This document shows positions 20,205-29,657 of a stretch of 64,000 bases of DNA, one piece after another. Position 1 is the stretch's first letter. Every line of letters begins with the position of its first letter. The notes below the pieces were generated by a model that was given only the letters and a program-made list of their open reading frames with translations, did not search any database and was not told the origin of the DNA. Origin of the DNA: an uncultured Hyphomicrobiales bacterium (GTDB taxonomy: Bacteria; Pseudomonadota; Alphaproteobacteria; Rhizobiales; Beijerinckiaceae). The stretch covers positions 2,994-66,993 of the forward strand of contig CAIZEI010000061.1 of NCBI GenBank assembly GCA_903931945.1, read 5' to 3'. The position numbers and the translations under genes were made by a program.

Positions 20205-21224
20205 ATTCTTGCGCGCGCCGGCCTCCTGGCAATCGCGTGTCTGTTCGCGAACGCCTCACGCGCCGCTGATGCTGCGCTGATCGCGGCGGCGCAAAAAGAA
20301 GGCCATGTGGTCTGGTACACGACGCAGATTCTCAATCAGTTTGCGCGGCCGGCGGCGGACGCCTTCCAGAAAACCTACGGGATTTCTGTCGATGTCGTGC
20401 GCGCCGACGCGAGCGAGGTCGCCCTGCGCATTCTCAATGAGGCGCGGGCCGGCAAGGTTCTCGCCGATGTGTTCGACGGCACAACGGCGGTTGTTGCGCT
20501 GAAAAAGGCCGGTCTGGTTCTCAAATGGAGTCCCGACAGCGCGCAGCGCCTGCCCAGTGAAGATCGCGATGGCGAAGGCTACTGGACCGGCACAAACCTT
20601 TACGTCATCACACCGGGGTTCAACACCGATCTGATACCCAAAGGGAGCGAGCCGCGCGCTTACGCCGATCTTCTCGATCCCCGGTGGAAAGGCCGCATGG
20701 TGTGGAATTCCTCGCCGGCGATTTCAGCCTCGGCCGGTTTCATCGGCGTTGTCCTTGCCGAAATGGGCGAGGACAAGGGCATGGAGTATCTCCGCGCCTT
20801 GTCGAGGCAGAATATTGCGGGCTTGCAGGTCGCCGCCCGGCAAGTGCTCGATCAGGTCATCGCCGGCGAATTTGCTATTGCGCTTGGCATTTTCAACAAT
20901 CACGCTGTCATCAGCGCGGCGCAGGGCGCGCCGGTGGCCTGGATTGCGATGAATCCGGCGATGTCGGTTCTGTCCGTGGTGTCAGTCATCAAGGAGCCGC
21001 CGCATCCCAATGCCGGCAAGTTGCTGGTCGACTTTCTGGTGTCCGAGGCGGGCCAGAAGATTTATCGCGACGCCGATTACATGCCGATTGACGCCGCTAC
21101 GCCAGCGCGCGATGAAAGCTTGCGGCCCGACGGCGTTAAATTCCGCGCGATCTCGTTTACGCCCGAGCGCATCGTCGCCAACATGCCCAAATGGTCGGGC
21201 GTGTTCCAACAATTATTCCGGTGA
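20103..21224 (+). CDS. ABC substrate-binding protein, Fe3+/FbpA-like fold (start uncertain: 20055 or 20103)
   Basis: AAQKEGHVVWYT...YADLLDPRWKGR...GEFAIAL...PPHPNAGKLLVDFLVSEAGQ. Confidence 0.88.
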   Translation: MFEFFRTSESTIKVGRSPTSGLSGHLLPVRSGKRILARAGLLAIACLFANASRAADAALIAAAQKEGHVVWYTTQILNQFARPAADAFQKTYGISVDVVRADASEVALRILNEARAGKVLADVFDGTTAVVALKKAGLVLKWSPDSAQRLPSEDRDGEGYWTGTNLYVITPGFNTDLIPKGSEPRAYADLLDPRWKGRMVWNSSPAISASAGFIGVVLAEMGEDKGMEYLRALSRQNIAGLQVAARQVLDQVIAGEFAIALGIFNNHAVISAAQGAPVAWIAMNPAMSVLSVVSVIKEPPHPNAGKLLVDFLVSEAGQKIYRDADYMPIDAATPARDESLRPDGVKFRAISFTPERIVANMPKWSGVFQQLFR

Positions 21225-21233
21225 GGAGACGCC

Positions 21234-22988
21234 ATGCCGGCGGATGTGGCCATCAAGGGTGAACCTGTCCTCGCCCGCGCCGGTCGGGGCATGAGGTTCT
21301 TGGATGGCAAACGACTGCCTGCGCTGATCGTTGGCCTTGCGCTTTGCGTGCTTGTTCTGCCGCCGTTGTGGTTTCTGATTGAGGGCGCGGTCACCGTCGA
21401 TCAACCCGATGGAACGACGCGCTGGACGCTGGAGCGCTTCAGCCAGATCGTAAATCAACGCGGCTTTGCTGCAAGCGCGATGAATTCCGCCATTTTTTCC
21501 ATTGGCAGCGCGTTGCTGGCGCTGGTCATGGGCGGCATTACGGCCTGGCTTGTCGAGCGCACCAACACGCCCTGGAAGCCGCTCGCCTATTTCACCACGA
21601 TCATTTCGATGGGCACGCCCTATGTGCTCTACGTCAGCGCGTGGTTGCTGCTGCTGGCAAAGTCCGGCCCGATCAATACGTGGTGGCGCCAATATACCGG
21701 ATCGACAGATGTTTTGATCAATGTGTATGGCCAGTTTGGCATGATCCTGATCGAGGGGCTGCTCTGGTCGCCGCTGGTGTTCCTGCTGCTCGGCGCGACG
21801 TTGCGCAACTTCAATCCCGAGCTTGAAGAAGCCGCGCGCATGAGCGGCGCAGGCGCACGTTCGACCATCGGTCGCATCACCTTGCGCTTGTCGGCGCCAT
21901 CCATTCTTGCGCTTGCAATGCTGGTCTTCATCCGTGCGCTGGAAGCCTTCGAGGTGCCGGCGCTGGTGGGGTTGCCGGGACGCGTGCATGTGCTGACGAC
22001 AGATATTTACGACACCATGCATCTCACCATGCCGCCCGACCTGGGCGCGGCCAGTTCATTGTCGGTGCTCTTGCTCGCAGTCGTGGCGATCCTGCTGTAT
22101 TTCTATGGCAAATTGACGCGCAACGCCGAGCGTTTTGCGACAATCACGGGCAAGAACTTTCGCCCGAACCAGATGAATCTCGGCGTCTGGCGCTATCTTG
22201 GCGGCGCCTTTCTGGCGCTGAATTTCATTCTGCTGCTTGTGCTGCCGCTCATCATTCTGATCTGGGCCTCGCTGTTGCCTTTCTATACGACGTTCAGCTG
22301 GGCGGCCTATGCGCGCATCACGCCGGACAATTATAAACACGTCTTCCAGTCCTCGCGCTATATTTCGTTGATGGGCAATACGTTCATCATTGCTCTTGTC
22401 ACAGCGACTGCGGTCATGCTGCTGTCGGCGCTGACCGGCTGGCTCAGCGTGCGCAAGGCGCCAGGAGCTGGCGTTCTCGACAAGCTTGCGACGGCGCCGC
22501 TGGTGTTTCCGGGCATCGTGCTCGGCGTTGGCGTGATGCAATTGTTCCTCAATCTGCCGATCGGCGTTTACGGAACCGTCTGGATCATCGCATGGGCGTT
22601 TATCATCAATTATCTGCCCTATGGCGTGCGCTATTCGTTTGCGGGCATGTTGCAAATCCATCGCGAACTTGAAGAGGCGGCCGCCGTTTCGGGCGCGACA
22701 TCGGCCTATAGTTTTCGACGCATCGTGTTGCCGCTGCTGTCGCCGTCGCTGATCGCCGGATGGTTGTTCATCTTTCTGGTTTCGACGCGCGTGCTCTCGT
22801 TGCCGGTGCTTTTATCGGGACCGAGTTCGCAAACGATGGCGGTCGCGATGTTCGATCTGTGGGGCAACGGGCAGGGGCCGGAACTGGCCGCGCTCGGCCT
22901 GTTGTGGTCACTCGCAATGACCTGCATTGCGTTGACATTTTATTTTTTCGCGCGCCGCTCGGGCGCAGGCGTTCATGCTCAAGGGTAG
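21234..22988 (+). CDS. ABC permease, FbpB-type (two fused TM domains)
   Basis: Two EAA loops (PELEEAARMSGA and RELEEAAAVSGA); about 12 TMs. Confidence 0.92.
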   Translation: MPADVAIKGEPVLARAGRGMRFLDGKRLPALIVGLALCVLVLPPLWFLIEGAVTVDQPDGTTRWTLERFSQIVNQRGFAASAMNSAIFSIGSALLALVMGGITAWLVERTNTPWKPLAYFTTIISMGTPYVLYVSAWLLLLAKSGPINTWWRQYTGSTDVLINVYGQFGMILIEGLLWSPLVFLLLGATLRNFNPELEEAARMSGAGARSTIGRITLRLSAPSILALAMLVFIRALEAFEVPALVGLPGRVHVLTTDIYDTMHLTMPPDLGAASSLSVLLLAVVAILLYFYGKLTRNAERFATITGKNFRPNQMNLGVWRYLGGAFLALNFILLLVLPLIILIWASLLPFYTTFSWAAYARITPDNYKHVFQSSRYISLMGNTFIIALVTATAVMLLSALTGWLSVRKAPGAGVLDKLATAPLVFPGIVLGVGVMQLFLNLPIGVYGTVWIIAWAFIINYLPYGVRYSFAGMLQIHRELEEAAAVSGATSAYSFRRIVLPLLSPSLIAGWLFIFLVSTRVLSLPVLLSGPSSQTMAVAMFDLWGNGQGPELAALGLLWSLAMTCIALTFYFFARRSGAGVHAQG

Positions 22989-22992
22989 GATT

Positions 22993-25137
22993 ATGTCAGA
23001 AAAGACGACGGACCGCGTTGCAATGGTCCATGCGCTGCTGAACCCCAGGAACATCGCTATTGTTGGCGCCAGCGACAAGCCCGGCGCATGGCCCGAGCGC
23101 GCCTATCGCAATCTCCGGCGTTATGGCTATGAAGGCAAGATATTTCCCATCAATCCCTCGCGCGATGAAATCTGGGGCATTCCCTGTTATCGCCGGTTTG
23201 CGGATATTCCCGAGCCTGTCGATCATCTGTTGATTGTCTCGCCCGCGCGCACTGTGCCGGGCGCGATCCGCGAGGGCGCAGCCGTTGGCGGGCGCAGCGC
23301 CACCATCATGTCGTCCGGATTTGAAGAGTCGACGGACGCCGGCGGCAAGGAGCTTGGCGCTGATCTGCGGACAGCGATCGCGGAAACCGGCGTCGCGGTT
23401 TCCGGGCCCAATTGCATGGGCAATTTTCATTTTGACTCCAGCTTTTACACAATGACCGACGACCGCCCGCATCATTTTGTCGATGGACCCGTAGCCGTAT
23501 TCGGCCAGTCGGGCGGCATCGTCATGGCGATGAAACGTGGGCTCGACGAGCGCGGCATCGTCTGCAATTCGCTGATCACCAGCGGCAACGAGGCGGGCCT
23601 GAGCAGCGCCGATTACATCTCCTATTTTGCAGATCATGCGGCGACCAAGGTCATCGTCTGCTATCTTGAATCCATCCGCGATCCCAAAGCGTTTCTGGCC
23701 GCCTGCCGCAAGGCGCGCGCGGCGGGCAAGCCTGTTGTTGTCGCCAAACTGGGCCTCTCGGACGAAGGACAGAAAGCCGCCGCCGCCCACACAGGGGCAA
23801 TGGCGGGCTCCATGGCGGCGTTCGATGCGGTGGCGTGGGAGGCGGGCGTCGTGCGCGCCCGCAATCTTGACGATGTTGTTGAGGTCACCGAACTTTTGGC
23901 CCATTGCAAACTCCCCAAAGGCGGGCGCCCCGGCTCGATCACATTCTCCGGAGGCATGCGCGGGCTGCTGCTCGATATGGCGCTCGCCAATGGCATGGAC
24001 TATCCGCCGTTGTCGCCTTTCACGCGCGAAAAGCTTGAAAAGATTCTGGGCGTCGGCACGATTGTCGGCAACCCCCTGGATTCAGGGTTTACAGGCCTTT
24101 CAAGCCATTCGGCCTATATTGAATGCGTGCATGCGCTGCTGGACGATCCTAACATCGATATTCTGTTGTTGCAGGAGGAGTTGTCGCGCGGGCCGGGCAA
24201 TGACCGCAAGGAGAAGAACATGCGCGCGGTCAACGCCATTGCCGCGACAGCTGCAAAGCCCATCGCCTTCGTCAGCATGGTGTCCTACGCCCTGACCGAC
24301 TACAGCCGCGCGCTGCGCGATGAAATGCGCAACGTCGCCTTCCTGCAGGAATGCGACAAGGCTTTGCGGGCCATCGGCTCGGTCGGCCGTTATGTCGAGG
24401 CGCTTGGCGCAACGCCGGTGGCTGCGCCCGCGCCGAATGTGGCTGGCCTTGCTGTTCTGAAAGAGGTACTGGCGCAACAGGGCCCTGCAACGCTCGATGA
24501 GGTCACCTCCAAGAAACTGCTGGCGGCCTATGGCATTGCGGGGCCGCGCGAGGAGAGCGTTGGGGATGAAGACAGCGCGGTCGCCGCCGCAGCGCGGATT
24601 GGCTATCCCGTCGCGATGAAAGCGATCAGCGCCGCGCTTCCGCATAAATCGGACGCGGGCGCGGTGGCGCTGGGCGTGAAAAATGAGGCGGAGGCGCGCG
24701 CTGCTTATCGAAAAATTGCGGCGGCGCTTGCCGCGCATCCCGCAACGCCGGCGCTGGAGGGCATGCTGGTCGCGCAAATGATTTCGGGCGGGCTTGAACT
24801 TGTGCTGGGCGTCAAGCGCGATCCGGAAATGGGAGCGGTGGTGCTCTTCGGTTCGGGCGGCGTCGATTTGGAATTGCATAGGGATGTCGCGTTGGCGTCT
24901 GCGCCGCTCGATGAGGCTCGCGCCAATACGCTCATCGACCGCACCAGGGTTGCAACGCTGATCAACGGCTATCGCGGGAAGCCGGCGCTCGACCGTAAGG
25001 CTCTTGTCAAGGCGCTCATTGGCCTGTCGCATCTGGCCGTCGATGCGGCGGGCTCCATTGTGGAAATTGACGTCAATCCGTTTGTGCTGATGCAACAGGG
25101 CGGACTGGCGCTCGACGGGCTCGTGGCGCGGAGCTGA
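22993..25137 (+). CDS. ADP-forming acyl-CoA synthetase (acetate-CoA ligase family), probable hydroxycinnamoyl-CoA ligase
   Basis: LLNPRNIAIVGAS CoA-binding domain, GPNCMG, GQSGG, phospho-His AAAAHTGAMAG, ATP-grasp HKSDAGAV...EIDVNP. Substrate inferred from HCHL context. Confidence 0.88.
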   Translation: MSEKTTDRVAMVHALLNPRNIAIVGASDKPGAWPERAYRNLRRYGYEGKIFPINPSRDEIWGIPCYRRFADIPEPVDHLLIVSPARTVPGAIREGAAVGGRSATIMSSGFEESTDAGGKELGADLRTAIAETGVAVSGPNCMGNFHFDSSFYTMTDDRPHHFVDGPVAVFGQSGGIVMAMKRGLDERGIVCNSLITSGNEAGLSSADYISYFADHAATKVIVCYLESIRDPKAFLAACRKARAAGKPVVVAKLGLSDEGQKAAAAHTGAMAGSMAAFDAVAWEAGVVRARNLDDVVEVTELLAHCKLPKGGRPGSITFSGGMRGLLLDMALANGMDYPPLSPFTREKLEKILGVGTIVGNPLDSGFTGLSSHSAYIECVHALLDDPNIDILLLQEELSRGPGNDRKEKNMRAVNAIAATAAKPIAFVSMVSYALTDYSRALRDEMRNVAFLQECDKALRAIGSVGRYVEALGATPVAAPAPNVAGLAVLKEVLAQQGPATLDEVTSKKLLAAYGIAGPREESVGDEDSAVAAAARIGYPVAMKAISAALPHKSDAGAVALGVKNEAEARAAYRKIAAALAAHPATPALEGMLVAQMISGGLELVLGVKRDPEMGAVVLFGSGGVDLELHRDVALASAPLDEARANTLIDRTRVATLINGYRGKPALDRKALVKALIGLSHLAVDAAGSIVEIDVNPFVLMQQGGLALDGLVARS

Positions 25138-25265
25138 CTCGTTTCCGGGGAGGTCGTTGCGGGTTTTGCGATGTCCGCTTTCGCCTGGGGTGCGGACGGG
25201 AGAGGCGGGGGAGCGAACGGCGGATGTGCGCCAAGGGCCGAGATAGGTAGATCGGAATTAACTCG

Positions 25266-25832
25266 CTAAAGAATTCCGAGGCACATGAGAAGAGATTTGA
25301 GCTCCGGCTCAACCGCCGCCGCGCGCCGCACGGCCGCCAGGTCAAGCCGCCGGGCCAAGTCAGCGCGATTCATCGGTTTCTCATATTCCGGCCAATCCCG
25401 AATGAGAGCCTGCCCAGCCCGCGGAGTATCGGGAGGTCGATGCCCGGCGCGACCCTGCAGGTGGCGCAGCAGCACCGCCTCAAAACAGGGGCGTTGCCAC
25501 ACGATGACGATATTGTCGTCAGCCGCCGTGCGCCGCGCTTGGTCGGCGCGTTGCGGATCGCGTTCGGCCTGGTCGAAATCGAGGAGTACGAAACGCTCTG
25601 CGGGCGCGGTGCGAGTCCGCCGCAAATGTTCAAGCCGGCTCACCGCCATTTCGACCCGCGCCAGCGGATCGCCGGCGCCTGGTCCCAGCTCCTCCACAAC
25701 GAGGTGGACCGGTAGCCCGACCTCCCTGAGCAAGTCCTGCAGAAAGCCTGCATAGCTGACCTCTGAAGCGCCTTCACAGCCGATATAGACTGGCCGTCGT
25801 TGCAGGATGTATGGCGGGCGGCGACGGGTCAT
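25266..25832 (-). CDS. rloB: RloB-like (TOPRIM-type) protein
   Basis: YIGCEGASEVSY, FVLLDFD, RPCFEAVLLRH motifs; 4-bp overlap with the upstream ATPase. Confidence 0.8.
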   Translation of the reverse strand: MTRRRPPYILQRRPVYIGCEGASEVSYAGFLQDLLREVGLPVHLVVEELGPGAGDPLARVEMAVSRLEHLRRTRTAPAERFVLLDFDQAERDPQRADQARRTAADDNIVIVWQRPCFEAVLLRHLQGRAGHRPPDTPRAGQALIRDWPEYEKPMNRADLARRLDLAAVRRAAAVEPELKSLLMCLGIL

Positions 25833-27058
25833 CCGAGGAGTGGAACCCCGCCGTAAGCGCCGCTCAGATATTTGCGGTAATGGTTTTCATCGCGGCGGAC
25901 CTTCACATCCATGAGGCTGTAGACGCGTGTGCGGCCCTGGCGGTCCTTCTCGCAGATCACGATTTCCTCCTTGTGGAGATCGTCGAGAAGCGAGGCCGAA
26001 TGGCATGTCAGCCAAAGTTGCGCGTCGAATTTGTTCCGGTTTTCCTTGTCGTAGAACCATCGCACCAGCTGGGGCAGCACGACCGGGTGGATGGCCGCGT
26101 CCATCTCGTCGATTGCGACAAGACCGCCTCTGTCGAGCGTCCGAACGAGGAAGGGAAACATCTTGATAAAGGCCCGGGTGCCGTGGCTTTCAAGACCCCA
26201 GGGCATCTCGATCTGCAGGCCAGAATGTTTGAATTGCAGGAACGGGCCGTTCGGGCTTTCCTGAAAACGGAGACCTTCCACACCCACATCGATGCGGCTC
26301 AATTCGGCATTCAAGCGCGATAGCACATCGGGCTGACCCTTGAGGTAATCGATAACGTGCTTGTCCTCGACCGCATGAACGGGTTCGATCACGAAGGCCG
26401 CCTTGCGCGACACCTCGACAAAGAGTTGCGCGGTCGGGTGCTGAAACTTCGCAAAGGACGACAGCACCGTGTGATTGCCGGCCAGCGTTTTCACGAGATG
26501 CTGAAAACCCGAGAGGCTGAAGGCTTTGGAATCCTTGATACGGCCTTCGGCATCGCGCTCGAAAAGACGTTGCCATTTTCCTTGAGCATTCGGTTTCTGG
26601 CGCAGGGCTTCCGCGATGATGCGACGGGCGACTCCCTCCTTGACCTCGATTTCCAATTCGTAGCGATAAACGCCTCGCTCAACAGTCTCGCCCGCTTGGG
26701 CGCGCTTCATGTTTTCCGGCGTCAGATTCATCACGCCGCCTAGCTCAATAGCAAGACGGATTGGACGTTCGCACGACTCCTTGTCGTTAAAGCGCTCGCA
26801 GCCAATGAAGACGTTTCCGGCGTGTTGGATACTGTCGCGGATCATTGACACGAGGAACTGGAGGGCGCGTAGAACCGTCGTCTTACCCGAAGCGTTCGCG
26901 CCATAGAGCGCGATGACCTTTGGGACGCGCACGTCCGCGCCGTCGAAGATCGGCGCAAAGCGTCCTTCGGGATCAGGGACTTTGCCATCCACCGACAGGT
27001 CAAGCACCTGGCGGTCGCGGATAGAGAAGAAATTCTCGACCTCTAGCTTGTAGAGCAT
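25829..27058 (-). CDS. rloA: RloA-like ABC-type ATPase (AAA_21)
   Basis: MLYKLEVENFFSI; Walker A GANASGKT; signature-like ESHGT; Walker B IDEMDAAIHP; LTCHS; C-terminal YLSGAYGGVP. Confidence 0.85.
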   Translation of the reverse strand: MLYKLEVENFFSIRDRQVLDLSVDGKVPDPEGRFAPIFDGADVRVPKVIALYGANASGKTTVLRALQFLVSMIRDSIQHAGNVFIGCERFNDKESCERPIRLAIELGGVMNLTPENMKRAQAGETVERGVYRYELEIEVKEGVARRIIAEALRQKPNAQGKWQRLFERDAEGRIKDSKAFSLSGFQHLVKTLAGNHTVLSSFAKFQHPTAQLFVEVSRKAAFVIEPVHAVEDKHVIDYLKGQPDVLSRLNAELSRIDVGVEGLRFQESPNGPFLQFKHSGLQIEMPWGLESHGTRAFIKMFPFLVRTLDRGGLVAIDEMDAAIHPVVLPQLVRWFYDKENRNKFDAQLWLTCHSASLLDDLHKEEIVICEKDRQGRTRVYSLMDVKVRRDENHYRKYLSGAYGGVPLLG

Positions 27059-27078
27059 GGGACACCTCGATTAGGTCT

Positions 27079-27108
27079 ATAATAGCATCTTTAACAAAAA
27101 TTCGTCAA
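27079..27108 (-). promoter_or_regulatory. Near-consensus sigma70 promoter for rloA
   Basis: Minus strand TTGACG-N18-TATTAT with TG extended -10, in an AT-rich patch; GAGG RBS just before ATG 27058. Confidence 0.6.
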
Positions 27109-27434
27109 TATGTAGACTATAGCCATATAAATGCATATTCATAGCGCGCAGAGCCGGTGTGGCAGGCGGCATTGCAAAATCATTCCAAAAAATGCACGAA
27201 AAGGCCTGTCCTCAAGCCGGCTGAAGGACGATGCGCTAACCGCGATCCGCCAATTTTGGGGCCCTTGTCGATTATAGAATTTTTCAACGGCACACTTAAA
27301 TTGCGCAAAATTTTACTGGCGGCTTGTAGGCTCGAGGACGGTCATAACCCGCCAATCCAGCTCTATCCGACCCGTTCCGCAGTCCACCCTGAAGCCGGCA
27401 TTCGCACGCAGCCGGGTCTCGACCGACAAAGGTG

Positions 27435-28823
27435 TCAATCGTTCAGAGCCAGGCTCTCGCCGGCGTTCAGGAAGCGCATGGGATCGACCGGCTCCCCGTC
27501 AACGCGCACTTCGTAATGCAGATGCGAGCCGGTGGAGCGGCCCGTTGAACCGACGCGGCCGATGGTGTCGCGGGCGCTGATCATCTGGCCAGGCGTGACA
27601 TCGATTTCCGACATGTGGCCATAGCGTGTGCTGAGACCATTGCCATGATCGATTTCGACCATATTGCCGTAGCCGCCTGTCCAGCTGGCGATTGTCACCT
27701 TGCCGGCGGCTGTCGCGTGGATCTGCGCGCCGGTGTTTTCCCTGAGATCGACGCCGGTATGCGTCGCCAGGCGCCCGAAGAACGGATCGACGCGGGCGCC
27801 AAAGGGCGAGGTCACCGTCAATGGGCCGCCGAGCGGTTTACGCAAGGGCGCCTGGAGCGCCGCGCGGGTCAGCACCGCTGCCTCTGCAAAATCGTTCTGC
27901 ATTGCGAAGACCTCGCGTTCGAACAGCGATCCCTTCGGATCGACTTTCAGTGGAACGAAGGGCCCCCCGACGTCGTGCGCCGAACTCACGCTGGACGCCA
28001 TCATTTTTTCAACCGGCAAACCAGCGACGCGCATCGCCTCGCGCAATCGCGCAGCCGAGCGGTGGGCGCGTGACCCGACCGCTTCCACAGCGGCGATCTG
28101 ATTGACTTCGATCTGCTGTAATTCAACGGAAATCGCGCCCAGTCTTTTTTCGACGGGCTGGCTTGCATCGGTCAGCGTCGCCAGCATTCTGTCAGGCGCG
28201 CCGCCCAGCGCGCCCTGCTGTTCAGGCGCTTCCGGTCGCGGTTTGTCCGAATCCGAAGACGAAGGCTGGCGGTCGAGCGGCGCATAGGCGGGCGCATTCA
28301 GGGCGCCCACTGGCGCTGGCGGTCCGAGACGCAGCGCAGCGCCGGGCGCGGCGAAGACCCGGTTTAACGCGCCTTTTGCATCGGCGGGTTTGGCTTCAGG
28401 CGGGGCAGGCAAAGGGTTGGCGCCGGTTTGCTGCGCGAGCTGCTGGATGATCTGAGCGCGACTTTCGATCTGCGCCTGTCGCGACAACAATTCGTGGACC
28501 CGTCCTTCGATCGTGTTCTGGTCCAGCAACTGGCGGCCTGTGACGGAATCGAGCTGCGTGCGCATGGCGGCGATGCGGTCTTCATAGGCGTATTGCATCT
28601 CGTTCTGGCGCGCCATCAAACTGGCGAGCAGATCGTCGCGATAGATCAGGTAGAATGTCGCGCCGATGTAGGCGCAGAGGACGAAAGGCGCGGCGCAGAG
28701 CAGCCCGAACAGCGTCCAGGGCGAAATTGCAAAGCAGCGGAGCTTTTCGCCGCGCGCAAATGTGACGAAGTAATGCGATCTTGAGGCTTGCGGCCGCGGC
28801 ATGGTCTTGCGCAGGGACATCAT
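27435..28823 (-). CDS. M23 family peptidoglycan metallo-endopeptidase
   Basis: N-terminal TM plus coiled coil; HTGVDL, GGYGNMVEIDHG...YGHMS, STGSHLHYEV. Start 28802-28868 uncertain. Confidence 0.92.
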   Translation of the reverse strand: MMSLRKTMPRPQASRSHYFVTFARGEKLRCFAISPWTLFGLLCAAPFVLCAYIGATFYLIYRDDLLASLMARQNEMQYAYEDRIAAMRTQLDSVTGRQLLDQNTIEGRVHELLSRQAQIESRAQIIQQLAQQTGANPLPAPPEAKPADAKGALNRVFAAPGAALRLGPPAPVGALNAPAYAPLDRQPSSSDSDKPRPEAPEQQGALGGAPDRMLATLTDASQPVEKRLGAISVELQQIEVNQIAAVEAVGSRAHRSAARLREAMRVAGLPVEKMMASSVSSAHDVGGPFVPLKVDPKGSLFEREVFAMQNDFAEAAVLTRAALQAPLRKPLGGPLTVTSPFGARVDPFFGRLATHTGVDLRENTGAQIHATAAGKVTIASWTGGYGNMVEIDHGNGLSTRYGHMSEIDVTPGQMISARDTIGRVGSTGRSTGSHLHYEVRVDGEPVDPMRFLNAGESLALND

Positions 28824-28929
28824 CCGGTCTCCGGCCACCGCCTGTCCGGCCCAGCCTTTGACTGTCATGTGACATCGACATGGTTAATTTTCGGGAAACC
28901 GCGCCAGAACCGTTTCGTTGCGAACCGTT

Positions 28930-29403
28930 TCAGGCCTTTCTTGCCGCCTCCAGCACCTCTGCCGCATGACCCGGAACCTTCACCTTGTTCCATATCCGGG
29001 CGATGCGGCCGTCGCCGCCGATCAGGAAGGTCGTGCGTTCGACACCCATATATTTGCGGCCGTACATGCTTTTTTCGACCCAAACGCCATAGGCTTCCAG
29101 CAGCGTTCTGGCTTCATCGGATATCAGGGGAAAATCGAGCCCGTGCTTGGCCTTGAATTTGTCATGGCTTTTGACTGCGTCCGGCGAAACGCCGACCACA
29201 ACCGCGCCAGCCTTTTCAAATTCGCCTTTCAGACCCTGGAAATCAATGGCTTCACGCGTGCAACCGCTGGTATCGTCCTTGGGGTAAAAATAGAGCGCGA
29301 CCTTGCGTCCGCGCAGGGATTCAAGCGAAATCCGGCCCGCGCCGTCGCGTGGCAGGTCGAATTCCGGCGCCAGATCGCCGATTGCGGGCCGGGCAGCGCT
29401 CAT
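28930..29403 (-). CDS. bcp: Peroxiredoxin BCP
   Basis: YFYPKDDTSGCTREA; GVERTTFLI. Confidence 0.93.
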   Translation of the reverse strand: MSAARPAIGDLAPEFDLPRDGAGRISLESLRGRKVALYFYPKDDTSGCTREAIDFQGLKGEFEKAGAVVVGVSPDAVKSHDKFKAKHGLDFPLISDEARTLLEAYGVWVEKSMYGRKYMGVERTTFLIGGDGRIARIWNKVKVPGHAAEVLEAARKA

Positions 29404-29657
29404 ATGTCGGTTCCTTCCATCCGAGGTGTTTTCAAACGATGCAGACGCGTATTCATGTTGAGAAAAAACGTAAAATCAAGAGACGACGATCGTTTCACAT
29501 TTCCCGGAAACACTGAATCGCTGTAATTGCAGCAAACGCGGGCGCGCCCGCCATGGTCATGGCGGCGCCGCTTTGACGCCACTTTGGCGCGCAATGGTGC
29601 CCGATCTGGTAAGACAGTCGAATCGCGCTCGGAGAACAGCGCAGGGGGCCGGACTTT

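Noticed and set aside
25141-25225. GGGAGAGG-containing G-rich stretch beside rloB as a fifth repeat copy
   Set aside because: Only a fragment matches, with no paired CCCTCACCC or terminal hairpin; at most a degraded relic.
27157-27516. 119-aa ORF between rloA and the M23 gene as a third defence component
   Set aside because: Opposite strand to rloAB, no clear RBS or motif, and it overlaps the M23 3' end.
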